Below, piece after piece: positions 40,712-50,538 of a DNA stretch of 64,000 bases. Source of the DNA: Candidatus Margulisbacteria bacterium GWF2_35_9 (GTDB lineage: Bacteria > Margulisbacteria > Riflemargulisbacteria > GWF2-35-9); NCBI GenBank assembly GCA_001783275.1, contig MFRH01000061.1, positions 11,524-75,523 on the forward strand, given 5' to 3'. The stretch's first letter is position 1, and the number at the start of each line of letters is the position of its first letter. Made by a program: the position numbers and the translations under genes. The notes below the pieces were generated by a model. The model saw only the letters and a list, made by a program, of their open reading frames with translations, was not told the DNA's origin and ran no database searches.

Positions 40712-42517
40712 ATGAAACGAATATTGACAGCATACAAAGACTTACTTGGAATAATATTCGGTAAAGCCCCGATAATGGTTATCGTCACTTTTTTATTAGC
40801 AATTATCACCGGATTATTAACTCCCTTAGGAGTTTATGTTAATCAGCATGTTTTTGACGGTGGATTGGCGGTAGCACAGGGTGTAATGACTTTTACGAGT
40901 TATTCTTTTTATCTTGTGTTGTTTGTAATAATTGCACTTTTGCCTACAATAATAAGCGGCATTGTATGGAATTATGTTCAGCCCCGTTCTATATTGATTT
41001 TAAGAACATCATATAAAGAACGTATGCTTAAGAAGCTTAAAACAATGAAGTACGAGCACTTTGAGAGTGAAAAGTCCGCAGAAATAATAGATAAAGCATA
41101 TAACAGAGCGGAAAGTTCGGCTAGACACCTGTGGCCTATGTATGTTAATTACTGGATAATATCTGTTATCTCCGGTATTGGCTCGCTTGCCTATATTGTA
41201 AGTATACGGTGGTGGCTTTTACTTACAGTTTTAATTCCTTTTATACTCGAAACATATATCTCATCAAAAACAAATTATAACATTTATTCCGAACTAGAAA
41301 CATATTGGGAAAAGGAAAGAAAGTACAGCACTCTCGGATGGTATTTAAGGTCAAGGGATTTTTCTAAAGAAATAAAAGCGTTTGGTAATTCAGACTATTT
41401 AATTGATACATATAAAAATAGGTTGAATGAGCGAAACAAGGATTATGAACGCTATTATTTTAAGAATCTGCGAAAGATATTGTTAGGAGAAAACATTACA
41501 AGAATTGCATCCATTGTAAATGTAATTATTTTACTTATATTATTTGTATACGGGAAGATGTCGGTGGGACTTTTTATTGCTATGACACGCTTGATGTTCG
41601 GCGGAGTATACGAGAGTTTAGGAGGATGTGCGTTTATATTCAAATGGGCACCATATCACATAAACTCATTCGATTATTATGACAAATTCTTTAACTTGTC
41701 CGACGAATCGGAGGGAACGGAGAAGGATCTACCAGAATCATTTGACATTGAGTTCCGTGATGTGTGGTTCCGATATCCGGGAACCGAAAAGGATATATTG
41801 AAAGGTTTGACTTTTAAGATAAAGAACGGAGAAAAAGCTTCAATTGTTGGAGAAAACGGTGAGGGCAAGTCAACCCTTATAAAATTATTACTAGGGATTT
41901 TCACTCCTGATAAAGGTGAAATATTAATCGGCGGAAAGAAACTGTACGACTATCCTTTAAGTGTTAGGACAAAAATATTCGGACCGGTATTTCAAGACTT
42001 TTCCAGATACAGTATAACATTGAAAGAAAATATCGGTATCGGCGAAATCGATGAGATTGACAACGACAAAAAAATAATAATGGCGGCTAAAAAAGGTAAG
42101 GCAGATGAGTTTGCGGAGAAGTTTGAGAAAGGTTATGATACGCTGCTTGGCAGAGACTTTGATGGTGGCGTTGATGTATCTGGAGGGCAATGGCAGAGAA
42201 TAGCGATCTCCCGTGCGTTCATGGGTAATAAGCCAATATTGTTGCTGGATGAACCAACTTCCCAACTGGATCCGTTGGCGGAAGCTAATTTATATAACGA
42301 GTTTGCAGAAATAGCGGAGAACAAAACTGCGATTTTTATAACTCACAGATTAGGTTCAACAATGATCACTGACAGGATTTTCGTAATAAGCGACGGTAAA
42401 ATCATGGAATCTGGAACACACGAGGAACTGATGCGGTCAGAAGGTATTTATTCAAATATGTTCAACGCGCAGAAACAGTGGTATAAAAAGGAAGCGGAGG
42501 TCGTCGTAAATGCCTAA
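40712..42517 (+). CDS. ABC transporter permease/ATP-binding protein (exporter half-transporter)
   Basis: 6-TM TMD plus NBD: GENGEGKST, VSGGQWQRIAISRA, LLLDEPTSQLD, ITHRL. Confidence 0.85.
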   Translation: MKRILTAYKDLLGIIFGKAPIMVIVTFLLAIITGLLTPLGVYVNQHVFDGGLAVAQGVMTFTSYSFYLVLFVIIALLPTIISGIVWNYVQPRSILILRTSYKERMLKKLKTMKYEHFESEKSAEIIDKAYNRAESSARHLWPMYVNYWIISVISGIGSLAYIVSIRWWLLLTVLIPFILETYISSKTNYNIYSELETYWEKERKYSTLGWYLRSRDFSKEIKAFGNSDYLIDTYKNRLNERNKDYERYYFKNLRKILLGENITRIASIVNVIILLILFVYGKMSVGLFIAMTRLMFGGVYESLGGCAFIFKWAPYHINSFDYYDKFFNLSDESEGTEKDLPESFDIEFRDVWFRYPGTEKDILKGLTFKIKNGEKASIVGENGEGKSTLIKLLLGIFTPDKGEILIGGKKLYDYPLSVRTKIFGPVFQDFSRYSITLKENIGIGEIDEIDNDKKIIMAAKKGKADEFAEKFEKGYDTLLGRDFDGGVDVSGGQWQRIAISRAFMGNKPILLLDEPTSQLDPLAEANLYNEFAEIAENKTAIFITHRLGSTMITDRIFVISDGKIMESGTHEELMRSEGIYSNMFNAQKQWYKKEAEVVVNA

Positions 42518-44414
42518 GAAAATTAAAGACAAACTAGAAGAAAAAATACCTGTATACGAAATAAAATACGAGGACAACACCACAGACTTTGAAAAAGATA
42601 TACTAAAAGAAAATCCACCCAAGCTGTCATATTTGACAAAGCTATTTAGATATGTTTTCTCATCTGCGAAATTAATGTGCGGTATTTTTTTAGGTCTAGC
42701 GATAATATTAAGTATATTACAACCGGTAACGGCATTTATCTGGGGAAGATATATCGACACCGCAAACGGTTATTCTGGTAAAATAGAGATTTCATCACTT
42801 CAATTAATTTCACTTATCAGCCTTGCGGTGATATATTTGGTTATTGGTTTTATCATTAATCTTTTAAATCGTTATCTTTATGGAGGAGAAGATATTGAGC
42901 GAATAAGTAAAGTTCAGGATCATCGCTTACAGGAAAAATTTCAAGCGAAGTTATTCAAAAAAATATCGATGTTGTACCCCGATTATATGGAAGTACCGAA
43001 AATCAACGATATTATAAATCGCAGTTTTGATTCAATGGGTGGTGAATGGAGTTCTCTTCAAAGAGGAGTTATTATCGAAGGGTATATTATTATTGCGAAA
43101 ATTATCTCTGTTATAATGGTTGCCGCTTCTTTGTATATTTTTAATCCGATATTATGCTATATAGTGCTGGTAGCACCGATACCAACTCTTTACACAACTT
43201 ATGTAGGAAACAAATTAAAATTTAAGTTTTCGCGTGATAACGGGAAGATCCTGCGTGAAGCTGATTATTATCAACGAGTGCTGCTTGGCAGTTCAGCAAA
43301 AGAAGTAAAAGCATTGAATCTATTTGATTTCTTTTTTACAAAGTGGAAAGTATTAGCGGATGATTATGTGGTGAAAGAAAAGAAAAACCAGCAGAATGTG
43401 TTTTTTCTCGGAATGGCAAGCGGCTTTGTATCAAATATTGCAAGTATTACAGCGAACGTTTTCGCGATTATTCTAATGACGCAGGGTAAACTATCGGTCG
43501 GTGCACTGGGTGCGGTCTTGTCATTGAATGGAACTCTCTTGAACAGCACATCCCAATTATTCAACTCAGTCGCAAACTTTGTATCTAAGAAAAACGAATC
43601 GGCACAGTTTTTCGAGCTTATAGATTTAAAAGAACAGATGTTAAAAGATGTTATGAAAAAAGAAACACCGACCATCGTGAATACATTGGAAGCTATGAAT
43701 ATATGTTACCGTTATCCTCTGACTGATGAATACAGAATAAGAAACGTAAATTTTACAATAAATAAAGGTGAAAAAGTTGCGTTTGTCGGTGAAAATGGTG
43801 CAGGTAAAACAACGTTCATAAAATTATTAATAGGAATGCTTGAACCGTCAAGCGGAGAAGTCCTGATAAATGGAATTGATGTGAAATATATTAATTTTTC
43901 AGAAAAATATGATTCTTTATCATATGTTTTTCAGGAACCAGCCAGATTTAACACATTTACAATCGGTGACAATGTTTTTTTCGGCGAAGTGAAGAGAGAA
44001 CGAAACGAAAGTCAGATAGACAAAGCCCTTAAATTTTCCGGTTTTGAAGGAGCAGAAAAAGATACGTTACTTGGTAAAGATATTGGTGGAACTGATTTAT
44101 CCGGTGGCCAGTGGCAGAAAATTGCTATCGCTCGTGCTTATTACAGAGACCGTGATTTTATTGTTCTTGATGAACCTACCAGTAATTTAGACCCGTTTGC
44201 CGAATCCGAAATTTTCAGAAAATACATAGCAATGACAGAAGGAAAGACTGTCATCATGGTTACACACAGAATAAGTGTCGCTTCACTTGCCGATAGAGTC
44301 GTTGTTTTCAAAGACGGTGAAATTGTTGAAGACGGCTCTCATGAAAAGTTATTATCAAATAATGGTGAATATACAAGGTTATATTCAACACAGGCAAAAT
44401 GGTATGACAGATAA
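42510..44414 (+). CDS. ABC transporter permease/ATP-binding protein (second half-transporter, heterodimer partner)
   Basis: GENGAGKTT, LSGGQWQKIAIARA, VLDEPTSNLD, VTHRI. 8-nt overlap with the upstream gene. Confidence 0.85.
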   Translation: MPKKIKDKLEEKIPVYEIKYEDNTTDFEKDILKENPPKLSYLTKLFRYVFSSAKLMCGIFLGLAIILSILQPVTAFIWGRYIDTANGYSGKIEISSLQLISLISLAVIYLVIGFIINLLNRYLYGGEDIERISKVQDHRLQEKFQAKLFKKISMLYPDYMEVPKINDIINRSFDSMGGEWSSLQRGVIIEGYIIIAKIISVIMVAASLYIFNPILCYIVLVAPIPTLYTTYVGNKLKFKFSRDNGKILREADYYQRVLLGSSAKEVKALNLFDFFFTKWKVLADDYVVKEKKNQQNVFFLGMASGFVSNIASITANVFAIILMTQGKLSVGALGAVLSLNGTLLNSTSQLFNSVANFVSKKNESAQFFELIDLKEQMLKDVMKKETPTIVNTLEAMNICYRYPLTDEYRIRNVNFTINKGEKVAFVGENGAGKTTFIKLLIGMLEPSSGEVLINGIDVKYINFSEKYDSLSYVFQEPARFNTFTIGDNVFFGEVKRERNESQIDKALKFSGFEGAEKDTLLGKDIGGTDLSGGQWQKIAIARAYYRDRDFIVLDEPTSNLDPFAESEIFRKYIAMTEGKTVIMVTHRISVASLADRVVVFKDGEIVEDGSHEKLLSNNGEYTRLYSTQAKWYDR

Positions 44415-44597
44415 GATGCTTATACTTGACTTAATAAACGTATGGTTATAAAATTAATGTTATATTTGTCATAGTGATGAATGCGATAAATATCTGAATT
44501 GAGTATCTTTTTAATGAATTTTCTTAATTTTTAATGGGAGGTATGTTATTATTGATAAAATAATTCATATATAATTTTTAAAATTTTATAAACTAAA

Positions 44598-44626
44598 GAA
44601 AACCCCATAGAGATTTTGTGGGGTTT
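44598..44626. terminator. bidirectional terminator
   Basis: aaaaccccat-agagattttg-tggggtttt. Confidence 0.6.
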
Positions 44627-44661
44627 TCCTTAGGGAGTTATAATGAAAAGTAGATAGTAAA

Positions 44662-46323
44662 TCAATTTTTAATAAATCTAACCATTCCGAATGTTGTGGG
44701 ATTATAATAGTCATACGTAGGATTAGACCAACATAAGACTGCATCAAGATCGGAATCATTCGTATCAACATTATTTAACACGAAATCCATACCGAGGTAA
44801 TTCAAGTTGGAGTAATTTATACCAAGTTTTTCCCATGATAATTGTAATGAAATCAAGTATCCCGATTCTGTTATTTTAAATGAAGCATCCTGCTCGTTTA
44901 GTGGAAAAGGTGTGTAAGCTCTTGTGTCTTGCCATTCTCCAATATACATAGAATCTATTCCATATTCACCTTTATCATTTATATATGGTGAAACAAATAT
45001 ACCGGTTGTAATTCCACTTTTATCAGTATCGAAATTTGGATTATATATAATTATATTAATACTTTCTGTCCACTTGTTTTCTCTTCCGGCTCCGCCCACC
45101 ATGACAATAGGATCATTAATATCAAACTCTATATATAACTTCTGTTCATCATATCGCATTGCTATTTTGCCATTATAATCATTTTTAGGTGTCAAAGCAC
45201 TTCTGCATATTGTACCAAAACGTTTTTTGGTTAAAGAATTTGATTTTTCGTCCATTAATATTTTAAAATTGCCTTTACTGTACTCACATAAATATTGCGA
45301 ATTATTCTCTAAACATTTCTTTATTACTTCTTTATTAATATCACTTAAATTTTTAGAACATAGATCCTTGCAGGAATATATTGTTCTAATATTTCTGTAA
45401 ATTTGGTCTTTCCAAAAGTTACAATCGTATTTTTGAATAACTTCCAATATTTCATCATTCAAAGGAGTAATACCTAATAACTCTTTTGACATTTTATTCG
45501 CGAACAGAATATCTTCAGAAAATCCATATAATTCTATTCGTTCATATAATATATCTTCATTTATATCTTCACGATATTTCTCTAAAATTAGTAATCCATC
45601 AACCAATGTCTTAAGATTATATTCAATAAAAGATTGTTTACTGTAATACCAATTAGATCCAATGCTGTCGAAAGTATGTCTTGCTGCGTGTTGTAACGCA
45701 AAAATGAATCTATCATATACATCACAAACATATATAGTTTTATTGTCTAACAAGAAAGGCTTTTTATGTAAAAAAACAGTTTCAATAAAATTATTACCGG
45801 TGCTTGTTTGAATAGAAAACCAACTTGCACTAACTGCCACATGCAGCTCTAAGTATATGTTCAATATTTTATCTTTTTTTAGGAATTTATCAATATGATG
45901 ATGACTCTTGTAACTTAAGTCTTTTTTAATAAGTTCAGGAGTTATTTCTTTTTCTCCATATTTATATTCTAATGATTTACAAGCATTACTAAATCTGACT
46001 ACATCACATGGCCGAATAAGTATATCAATATCATTTGACGGACGTTCATTCGGATTGGAATAAAGGTCGTAAGCTTCAGCAATACCTTTAAATAAAATAA
46101 TCTCTATATCCAGTGATTCGGCAATCTTGAAGAGCCTCTTTATTTCTTCTTTTATTTCAATCTGCCTATGTTTTTGTATTAATTTGGAGGTTGAGTTTTC
46201 ATTATTACTTTCTTTAGTTAAGAAATATTGAAGCCCAAAGAAAGTAGAATCTTTTTCAAGGTTTTCATCTTTAATATTTTGCTTGATTACTTTATTAATT
46301 TGGTCTAGAGTACCGTTAATCAT
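44662..46323 (-). CDS. nucleotidyltransferase-family protein (PF14907-like N-terminal half) with C-terminal beta-rich domain
   Basis: ILFKGIAEAYDLYSNPNERPSNDIDILIRP fits the 'uncharacterised nucleotidyltransferase' signature found in lasso/HPr-rel-A systems. Confidence 0.55.
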   Translation of the reverse strand: MINGTLDQINKVIKQNIKDENLEKDSTFFGLQYFLTKESNNENSTSKLIQKHRQIEIKEEIKRLFKIAESLDIEIILFKGIAEAYDLYSNPNERPSNDIDILIRPCDVVRFSNACKSLEYKYGEKEITPELIKKDLSYKSHHHIDKFLKKDKILNIYLELHVAVSASWFSIQTSTGNNFIETVFLHKKPFLLDNKTIYVCDVYDRFIFALQHAARHTFDSIGSNWYYSKQSFIEYNLKTLVDGLLILEKYREDINEDILYERIELYGFSEDILFANKMSKELLGITPLNDEILEVIQKYDCNFWKDQIYRNIRTIYSCKDLCSKNLSDINKEVIKKCLENNSQYLCEYSKGNFKILMDEKSNSLTKKRFGTICRSALTPKNDYNGKIAMRYDEQKLYIEFDINDPIVMVGGAGRENKWTESINIIIYNPNFDTDKSGITTGIFVSPYINDKGEYGIDSMYIGEWQDTRAYTPFPLNEQDASFKITESGYLISLQLSWEKLGINYSNLNYLGMDFVLNNVDTNDSDLDAVLCWSNPTYDYYNPTTFGMVRFIKN

Positions 46324-47353
46324 ATACTTCTACCTTCTTTAATTGATTTTTCAAATCATATCCTATGAATTGTAACTTTCTGAATTCACAATCGCCATCA
46401 TTACCAAGCGGGTCATTTGATATAAAATATGCAACCGCCATACAGCCTTTTTTACAATGACTTCTGATTATGCATTTCGAACAACCATAATCGATATTTT
46501 TTCTTTCGAGATTTATTGCTGCAATCTTCAACAAGTTTGATTCGAATTCATCTAATGAAAAATTAAATATATTACCTATACTATATTTACTATCATATAA
46601 TAGCTGACATGGTAAAATTGAACCATCGACTTTTATAGATATTTGCATTTCAGACTCAGTATCGTCAAGAGGACAATTTGAAGTACACAAGGGAGGAAAA
46701 ACTTTTAGTTTATACTCCTTATTTAATTTATCAATTAATTTAATAACAGATAGTTTTTGTGTTGCTGTTAAGCATTTTTGTTCCCAATCTTTTTCACCGT
46801 TTCCGGCACGGCTAATAAAAGCATAACTAGGTTTTATTCCTTTATTTAAAGAAAAAAGATAAAAGTTTTCTACATCTGATATATTAAGCTGTGAAATAAC
46901 CATCTTTAGGGTCATTTTTTTCTTATGTTTTCTTAACTCATCTATTAATTTAACTGTTTTACCGAAATTATTAGTTCCTCTTGTTTTTTTATTTATTTCT
47001 TCACATGAACCGTCAAGGCTTATCTGAAACGATAAATTATCAGTATTTATATATGTATTGATAATATTTTCATTAAAGATAGTCCCGTTTGTTATAATAC
47101 AAAATCTTAAGCTTGGATATTTCTCAGTTAATAAAGCAATCTTATCAATTTCGCTGTGAAGAAAAGGTTCGCCACCAGAAAAAACTATTTCGGTACAACC
47201 CAATTCTAACAATCTATTTATTATTAGATCAAATTGACCATATGATATTTCTTTTCTTATGTTGTTTAGCCCTGATCGGTTATAACAAGTATTACAGTTA
47301 AGATTGCATATATTTATTATTTCGATATAAGCTGAGTTAATTTTGATATTCAT
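46316..47353 (-). CDS. radical SAM peptide maturase with SPASM domain
   Basis: CNLNCNTC (CxxxCxxC). C-terminal Cys-rich CSKCIIRSHCKKGC auxiliary-cluster motif. Confidence 0.85.
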   Translation of the reverse strand: MNIKINSAYIEIINICNLNCNTCYNRSGLNNIRKEISYGQFDLIINRLLELGCTEIVFSGGEPFLHSEIDKIALLTEKYPSLRFCIITNGTIFNENIINTYINTDNLSFQISLDGSCEEINKKTRGTNNFGKTVKLIDELRKHKKKMTLKMVISQLNISDVENFYLFSLNKGIKPSYAFISRAGNGEKDWEQKCLTATQKLSVIKLIDKLNKEYKLKVFPPLCTSNCPLDDTESEMQISIKVDGSILPCQLLYDSKYSIGNIFNFSLDEFESNLLKIAAINLERKNIDYGCSKCIIRSHCKKGCMAVAYFISNDPLGNDGDCEFRKLQFIGYDLKNQLKKVEVYD

Positions 47354-47613
47354 GATTCAATAACTATCTTTTTTTCGATGAGTGAGTTAATGAAATCAGT
47401 CACATCATCTGATATTTCATTTGAAGTTATATCGTATAATTGTTTAAGATTCTTTATTATATCTTCCTTTTCGTTTATACCATCAATTTGCTTTAAAATA
47501 TCAGCTCCGCTTGCTTCAATAATATGTGTGTTTCCGGTATCGGGATCAAAAATAGCATAATTATCATTGTCGATTTCAATAAAATCAAACTTGTTATTCT
47601 TTACTAAACTCAT
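47350..47613 (-). CDS. PqqD family peptide chaperone (RiPP recognition element)
   Basis: 87 aa, PqqD-like three-strand/three-helix pattern. Overlaps both neighbouring genes. Confidence 0.65.
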   Translation of the reverse strand: MSLVKNNKFDFIEIDNDNYAIFDPDTGNTHIIEASGADILKQIDGINEKEDIIKNLKQLYDITSNEISDDVTDFINSLIEKKIVIES

Positions 47614-48055
47614 TATTTGTCGTCTCCTTTAAATATTTTTGTTTATATTTTTTATAAATATTACTTTCTATTGTTTTAAAATAATCATAGTCATTTCTGA
47701 CAAACTCTTTATTAACCTCTAAAGACATATTTATAAAATCAATATCAACACTAGGAATATCAAGCACTTTTCCTATAATGTCATTTTTACCTACTTCCTC
47801 TAACCTATAACAATTATCACCTTTACAGTAATATTTACCGTCTTTTATTTCAAGGATTCTATGTATTAACAAACCTTCATCGTTATACTTAAAAACAATC
47901 ACCGAACCTACTTCATATTCTTTCGCTTTCTTTATTAATACTTTATCTCCGTCCTTTAATACAGGAAACATACTGTTTCCGACTACTGTTATTTGAAACG
48001 AGTTTTGGGACTCTGTTTTATGCTTTAAAATGCTGAACATTATTTTGTTATTCAT
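47594..48055 (-). CDS. S24/S26 family (signal-peptidase-I/LexA-like) serine peptidase
   Basis: VVGNSMFPVLKDGDKVLIKK resembles the GDSMxPTL catalytic-Ser box. Confidence 0.5.
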   Translation of the reverse strand: MNNKIMFSILKHKTESQNSFQITVVGNSMFPVLKDGDKVLIKKAKEYEVGSVIVFKYNDEGLLIHRILEIKDGKYYCKGDNCYRLEEVGKNDIIGKVLDIPSVDIDFINMSLEVNKEFVRNDYDYFKTIESNIYKKYKQKYLKETTNNEFSKE

Positions 48056-48860
48056 AAGATAATTCCTTTATATAATCCAAAACAAAATTCATATCTGAAT
48101 ACCTTAGTATCTTACATTTTGATGATAACTTACTCAAAAATGATATATATTTTGAACTTACTTTATATGTTGTTGCGGCATTCTTCATAAGTAGCACTAA
48201 AGCTTTTGATGTAGGTATATCAACGACTTCATTTTTTTCATCAGTCCGTTCAATAAAAAAAATGTATCCTAGTTTCATTACATCAGGTGATAAGTTATCT
48301 GGATTAAAAATAAATCTCTGTATGGTAGGTGTATTTATAATTGTGGATATTGGAGGTTCAGTATCGTATTCTTTAAGTACCTGCATCCCTCCTGCTCTTA
48401 AATGAATAGGCACTTGGTAAGGATAAAAATCGAAGTTCTTCATATCTATATATGTACAATCATCTGTTGCATAATTTAAACCTTTTAAAGTAAGAAAAGC
48501 TGTAAGCGTAGTTTTACCTGAACTTGTAGAAGCAGCAAATAAATATGAATGATTATTATAATAAACACATCCTGAGTGTAGAGCAAAAATGTTTTCATTT
48601 ATAGATGCGTTTTCAAAAATGATATTTACTATTTCCTGTAGAGGATTATTTGTTTGTTTCTTTTTATCGTAATAAACAACATAATATTTATCATCATTAT
48701 ATTTTTCGACATTGATTTCAAAACAAGAAACATCATCCTGTATATCTGTATAAGTATATTTACCGTACAAATTGCCAATCATACTGTGAATTTCAATGCA
48801 ATTTGTATTTATCTTTATATATTTATATGAACATGGTTTCAGTAAATAAATACTTAACAT
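48048..48860 (-). CDS. HprK-related kinase (HPr kinase C-terminal-domain-like P-loop protein)
   Basis: HSGCVYYNNHSYLFAASTSSGKTTLTAFLTLKGLNYATDD parallels the HprK [25 protein letters not shown] segment. Confidence 0.6.
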   Translation of the reverse strand: MLSIYLLKPCSYKYIKINTNCIEIHSMIGNLYGKYTYTDIQDDVSCFEINVEKYNDDKYYVVYYDKKKQTNNPLQEIVNIIFENASINENIFALHSGCVYYNNHSYLFAASTSSGKTTLTAFLTLKGLNYATDDCTYIDMKNFDFYPYQVPIHLRAGGMQVLKEYDTEPPISTIINTPTIQRFIFNPDNLSPDVMKLGYIFFIERTDEKNEVVDIPTSKALVLLMKNAATTYKVSSKYISFLSKLSSKCKILRYSDMNFVLDYIKELSYE

Positions 48861-48987
48861 CTTCTACACCTTATGACATTATTTTTAAATTAAATGGATT
48901 ATAACACATATTTTTTTCAATTGCAATAGGATATTGAAATTAAACTTGCAAAAATCGACATTTTTAACAAAATAATGCATCAATGTA

Positions 48988-49015
48988 TTGACAATTTTAA
49001 ATTTTTAGATATAAT
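48988..49015 (+). promoter_or_regulatory. consensus sigma-A promoter
   Basis: TTGACA-16 nt-TATAAT. Lies inside the ORF-track ORF 48975.., which argues for the later start at 49053. Confidence 0.5.
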
Positions 49016-49052
49016 AAAATTATATAATAATAAAAAGGGGTGTATTAATGTT

Positions 49053-50081
49053 ATGAAATATATAAAAACACCTGGTGAAATATATGACTTATTTAAGCTA
49101 TTTATATACAATTTTAACAAAGAAGATTATGATAAAAAAATACTTAATGGTAATTCAAGAGAATTTGAGTTATTATGGAAAACGGTATTAAATGGTTCGC
49201 AAATAAACGATAAATTATATATGTTTTTTTATAAATTAAATAATAAATCAACTTTTATGACAGAGCATTTTTTTACTTCATTTTATAATGATTTTACTGA
49301 TCCAGATTTTTTTACAAATATGTGCGAAAGAATTCGTTCCATGGATTTATTTGTCGAAATATTAAAATACTATTTAGATAAAGATTCCTTTGAAATTCGA
49401 GATGTTTATTCTGCTGATTATATTTATGAATTGTCATTAAAAATTGATATACCCGATAGAATTAGACTTCAAATATTACATTTTAATTATAACAGGAATC
49501 AATATTCAGATATTTTAATTAATGAGTTAAAAGAAAAACATGAGCTTATAAAAAATTATTATTCCGAAAATTCTAATAAGATAGATGAAATTAAAAATTC
49601 AATGTTAAATGATCTAATACAATTGAATTTATGCAAGGAAATTGATTTAAGTTCAGAATATATGAATACTTATTATTATTCTGTTTCATTACTTCAAGAT
49701 AAATTCTATGCTTTTTTAAATAATCAAAATAAAGACTTTATTGTAATAGGTTACGATTCGATTAATAACTTAGATTATATTAACAAATTCAAAAATAATG
49801 TTAACATAAGTAAAGTTTCGAAAGCTCTTTCTGATGAATTTCGTATAATTATGTTAAATTTTATAAAAGAAATAGGCGAAATTACTACCTCTGATATTGC
49901 AAGAGAATTTAATATGGGACTTACAGCAATGTATTACCATTTAAGCATGCTTTATGAAGCTAAAATCTTAAGTACACGCAATGAAGGAAGGACGGTGTTT
50001 TACAAAATTAATAGTGAATTTCTAGAAATCTACTCGGAGTTTATTAAACGGTTCGCCTTGGAAGGAGGTGTAAATTTATGA
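49053..50081 (+). CDS. hypothetical protein with C-terminal ArsR-type winged-HTH
   Basis: ITTSDIAREFNMGLTAMYYHLSMLYEAKILSTRNEGRTVFYKI. Start at the in-frame ATG downstream of the promoter. Confidence 0.5.
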   Translation: MKYIKTPGEIYDLFKLFIYNFNKEDYDKKILNGNSREFELLWKTVLNGSQINDKLYMFFYKLNNKSTFMTEHFFTSFYNDFTDPDFFTNMCERIRSMDLFVEILKYYLDKDSFEIRDVYSADYIYELSLKIDIPDRIRLQILHFNYNRNQYSDILINELKEKHELIKNYYSENSNKIDEIKNSMLNDLIQLNLCKEIDLSSEYMNTYYYSVSLLQDKFYAFLNNQNKDFIVIGYDSINNLDYINKFKNNVNISKVSKALSDEFRIIMLNFIKEIGEITTSDIAREFNMGLTAMYYHLSMLYEAKILSTRNEGRTVFYKINSEFLEIYSEFIKRFALEGGVNL

Positions 50082-50200
50082 AAAAATGGTCTAAACCTAC
50101 CGTTATAACAATAAGCGAAAAAGAATTACAGGAAATAATATTAGTTCAAGCATGTTCTGGATATAAATGCGTATTGTTTTATGGACAAATTGAATTTTAA
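50078..50200 (+). CDS. candidate 40-aa RiPP precursor peptide MKKWSKPTVITISEKELQEIILVQACSGYKCVLFYGQIEF
   Basis: GGAAGGAGGTG SD 7 nt upstream. ATG overlaps the upstream stop (ATGA). Charged leader and Cys/Tyr/Gly-rich C-terminus. A strong terminator follows. Below the ORF-track size cutoff. Confidence 0.4.
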   Translation: MKKWSKPTVITISEKELQEIILVQACSGYKCVLFYGQIEF

Positions 50201-50235
50201 CATATTATTATGTTAAGTGAGATTGATATTAATAA

Positions 50236-50290
50236 CTGCACCTAATTATTTATGTAGTGTAAACATAAGTAATTAAGGTGCAGTTTTTTG
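50236..50290 (+). terminator. strong rho-independent terminator
   Basis: ctgcacct...aggtgcag stem with a structured internal loop, followed by TTTTTT. Confidence 0.6.
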
Positions 50291-50538
50291 TGTAAAATTT
50301 TATATCGAATTTTGGATTATATTAATTAAAATTGATGAATTCAATAGATTATTTAAGTCGAATAAAGTAGAATAATGAAATAGAGTTATTAAATATAGAC
50401 AAAATAATAATAAAATGTTTGGTAATATTTATATTAAACTAATTGTTGTAATTCAAATATAAATAGAGTATAATATAAAAAGATTTAAACCAACAACATG
50501 AATATAAATTAATAAATGCAAATTGGAGGTATTAGTAA

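Noticed and set aside
48975-49052. ORF-track start at 48975 for the wHTH protein
   Set aside because: A consensus TTGACA-16-TATAAT promoter lies inside this stretch, so transcription would start downstream of that ATG. The in-frame ATG at 49053 with an SD-like AAGGGGTG is more plausible.
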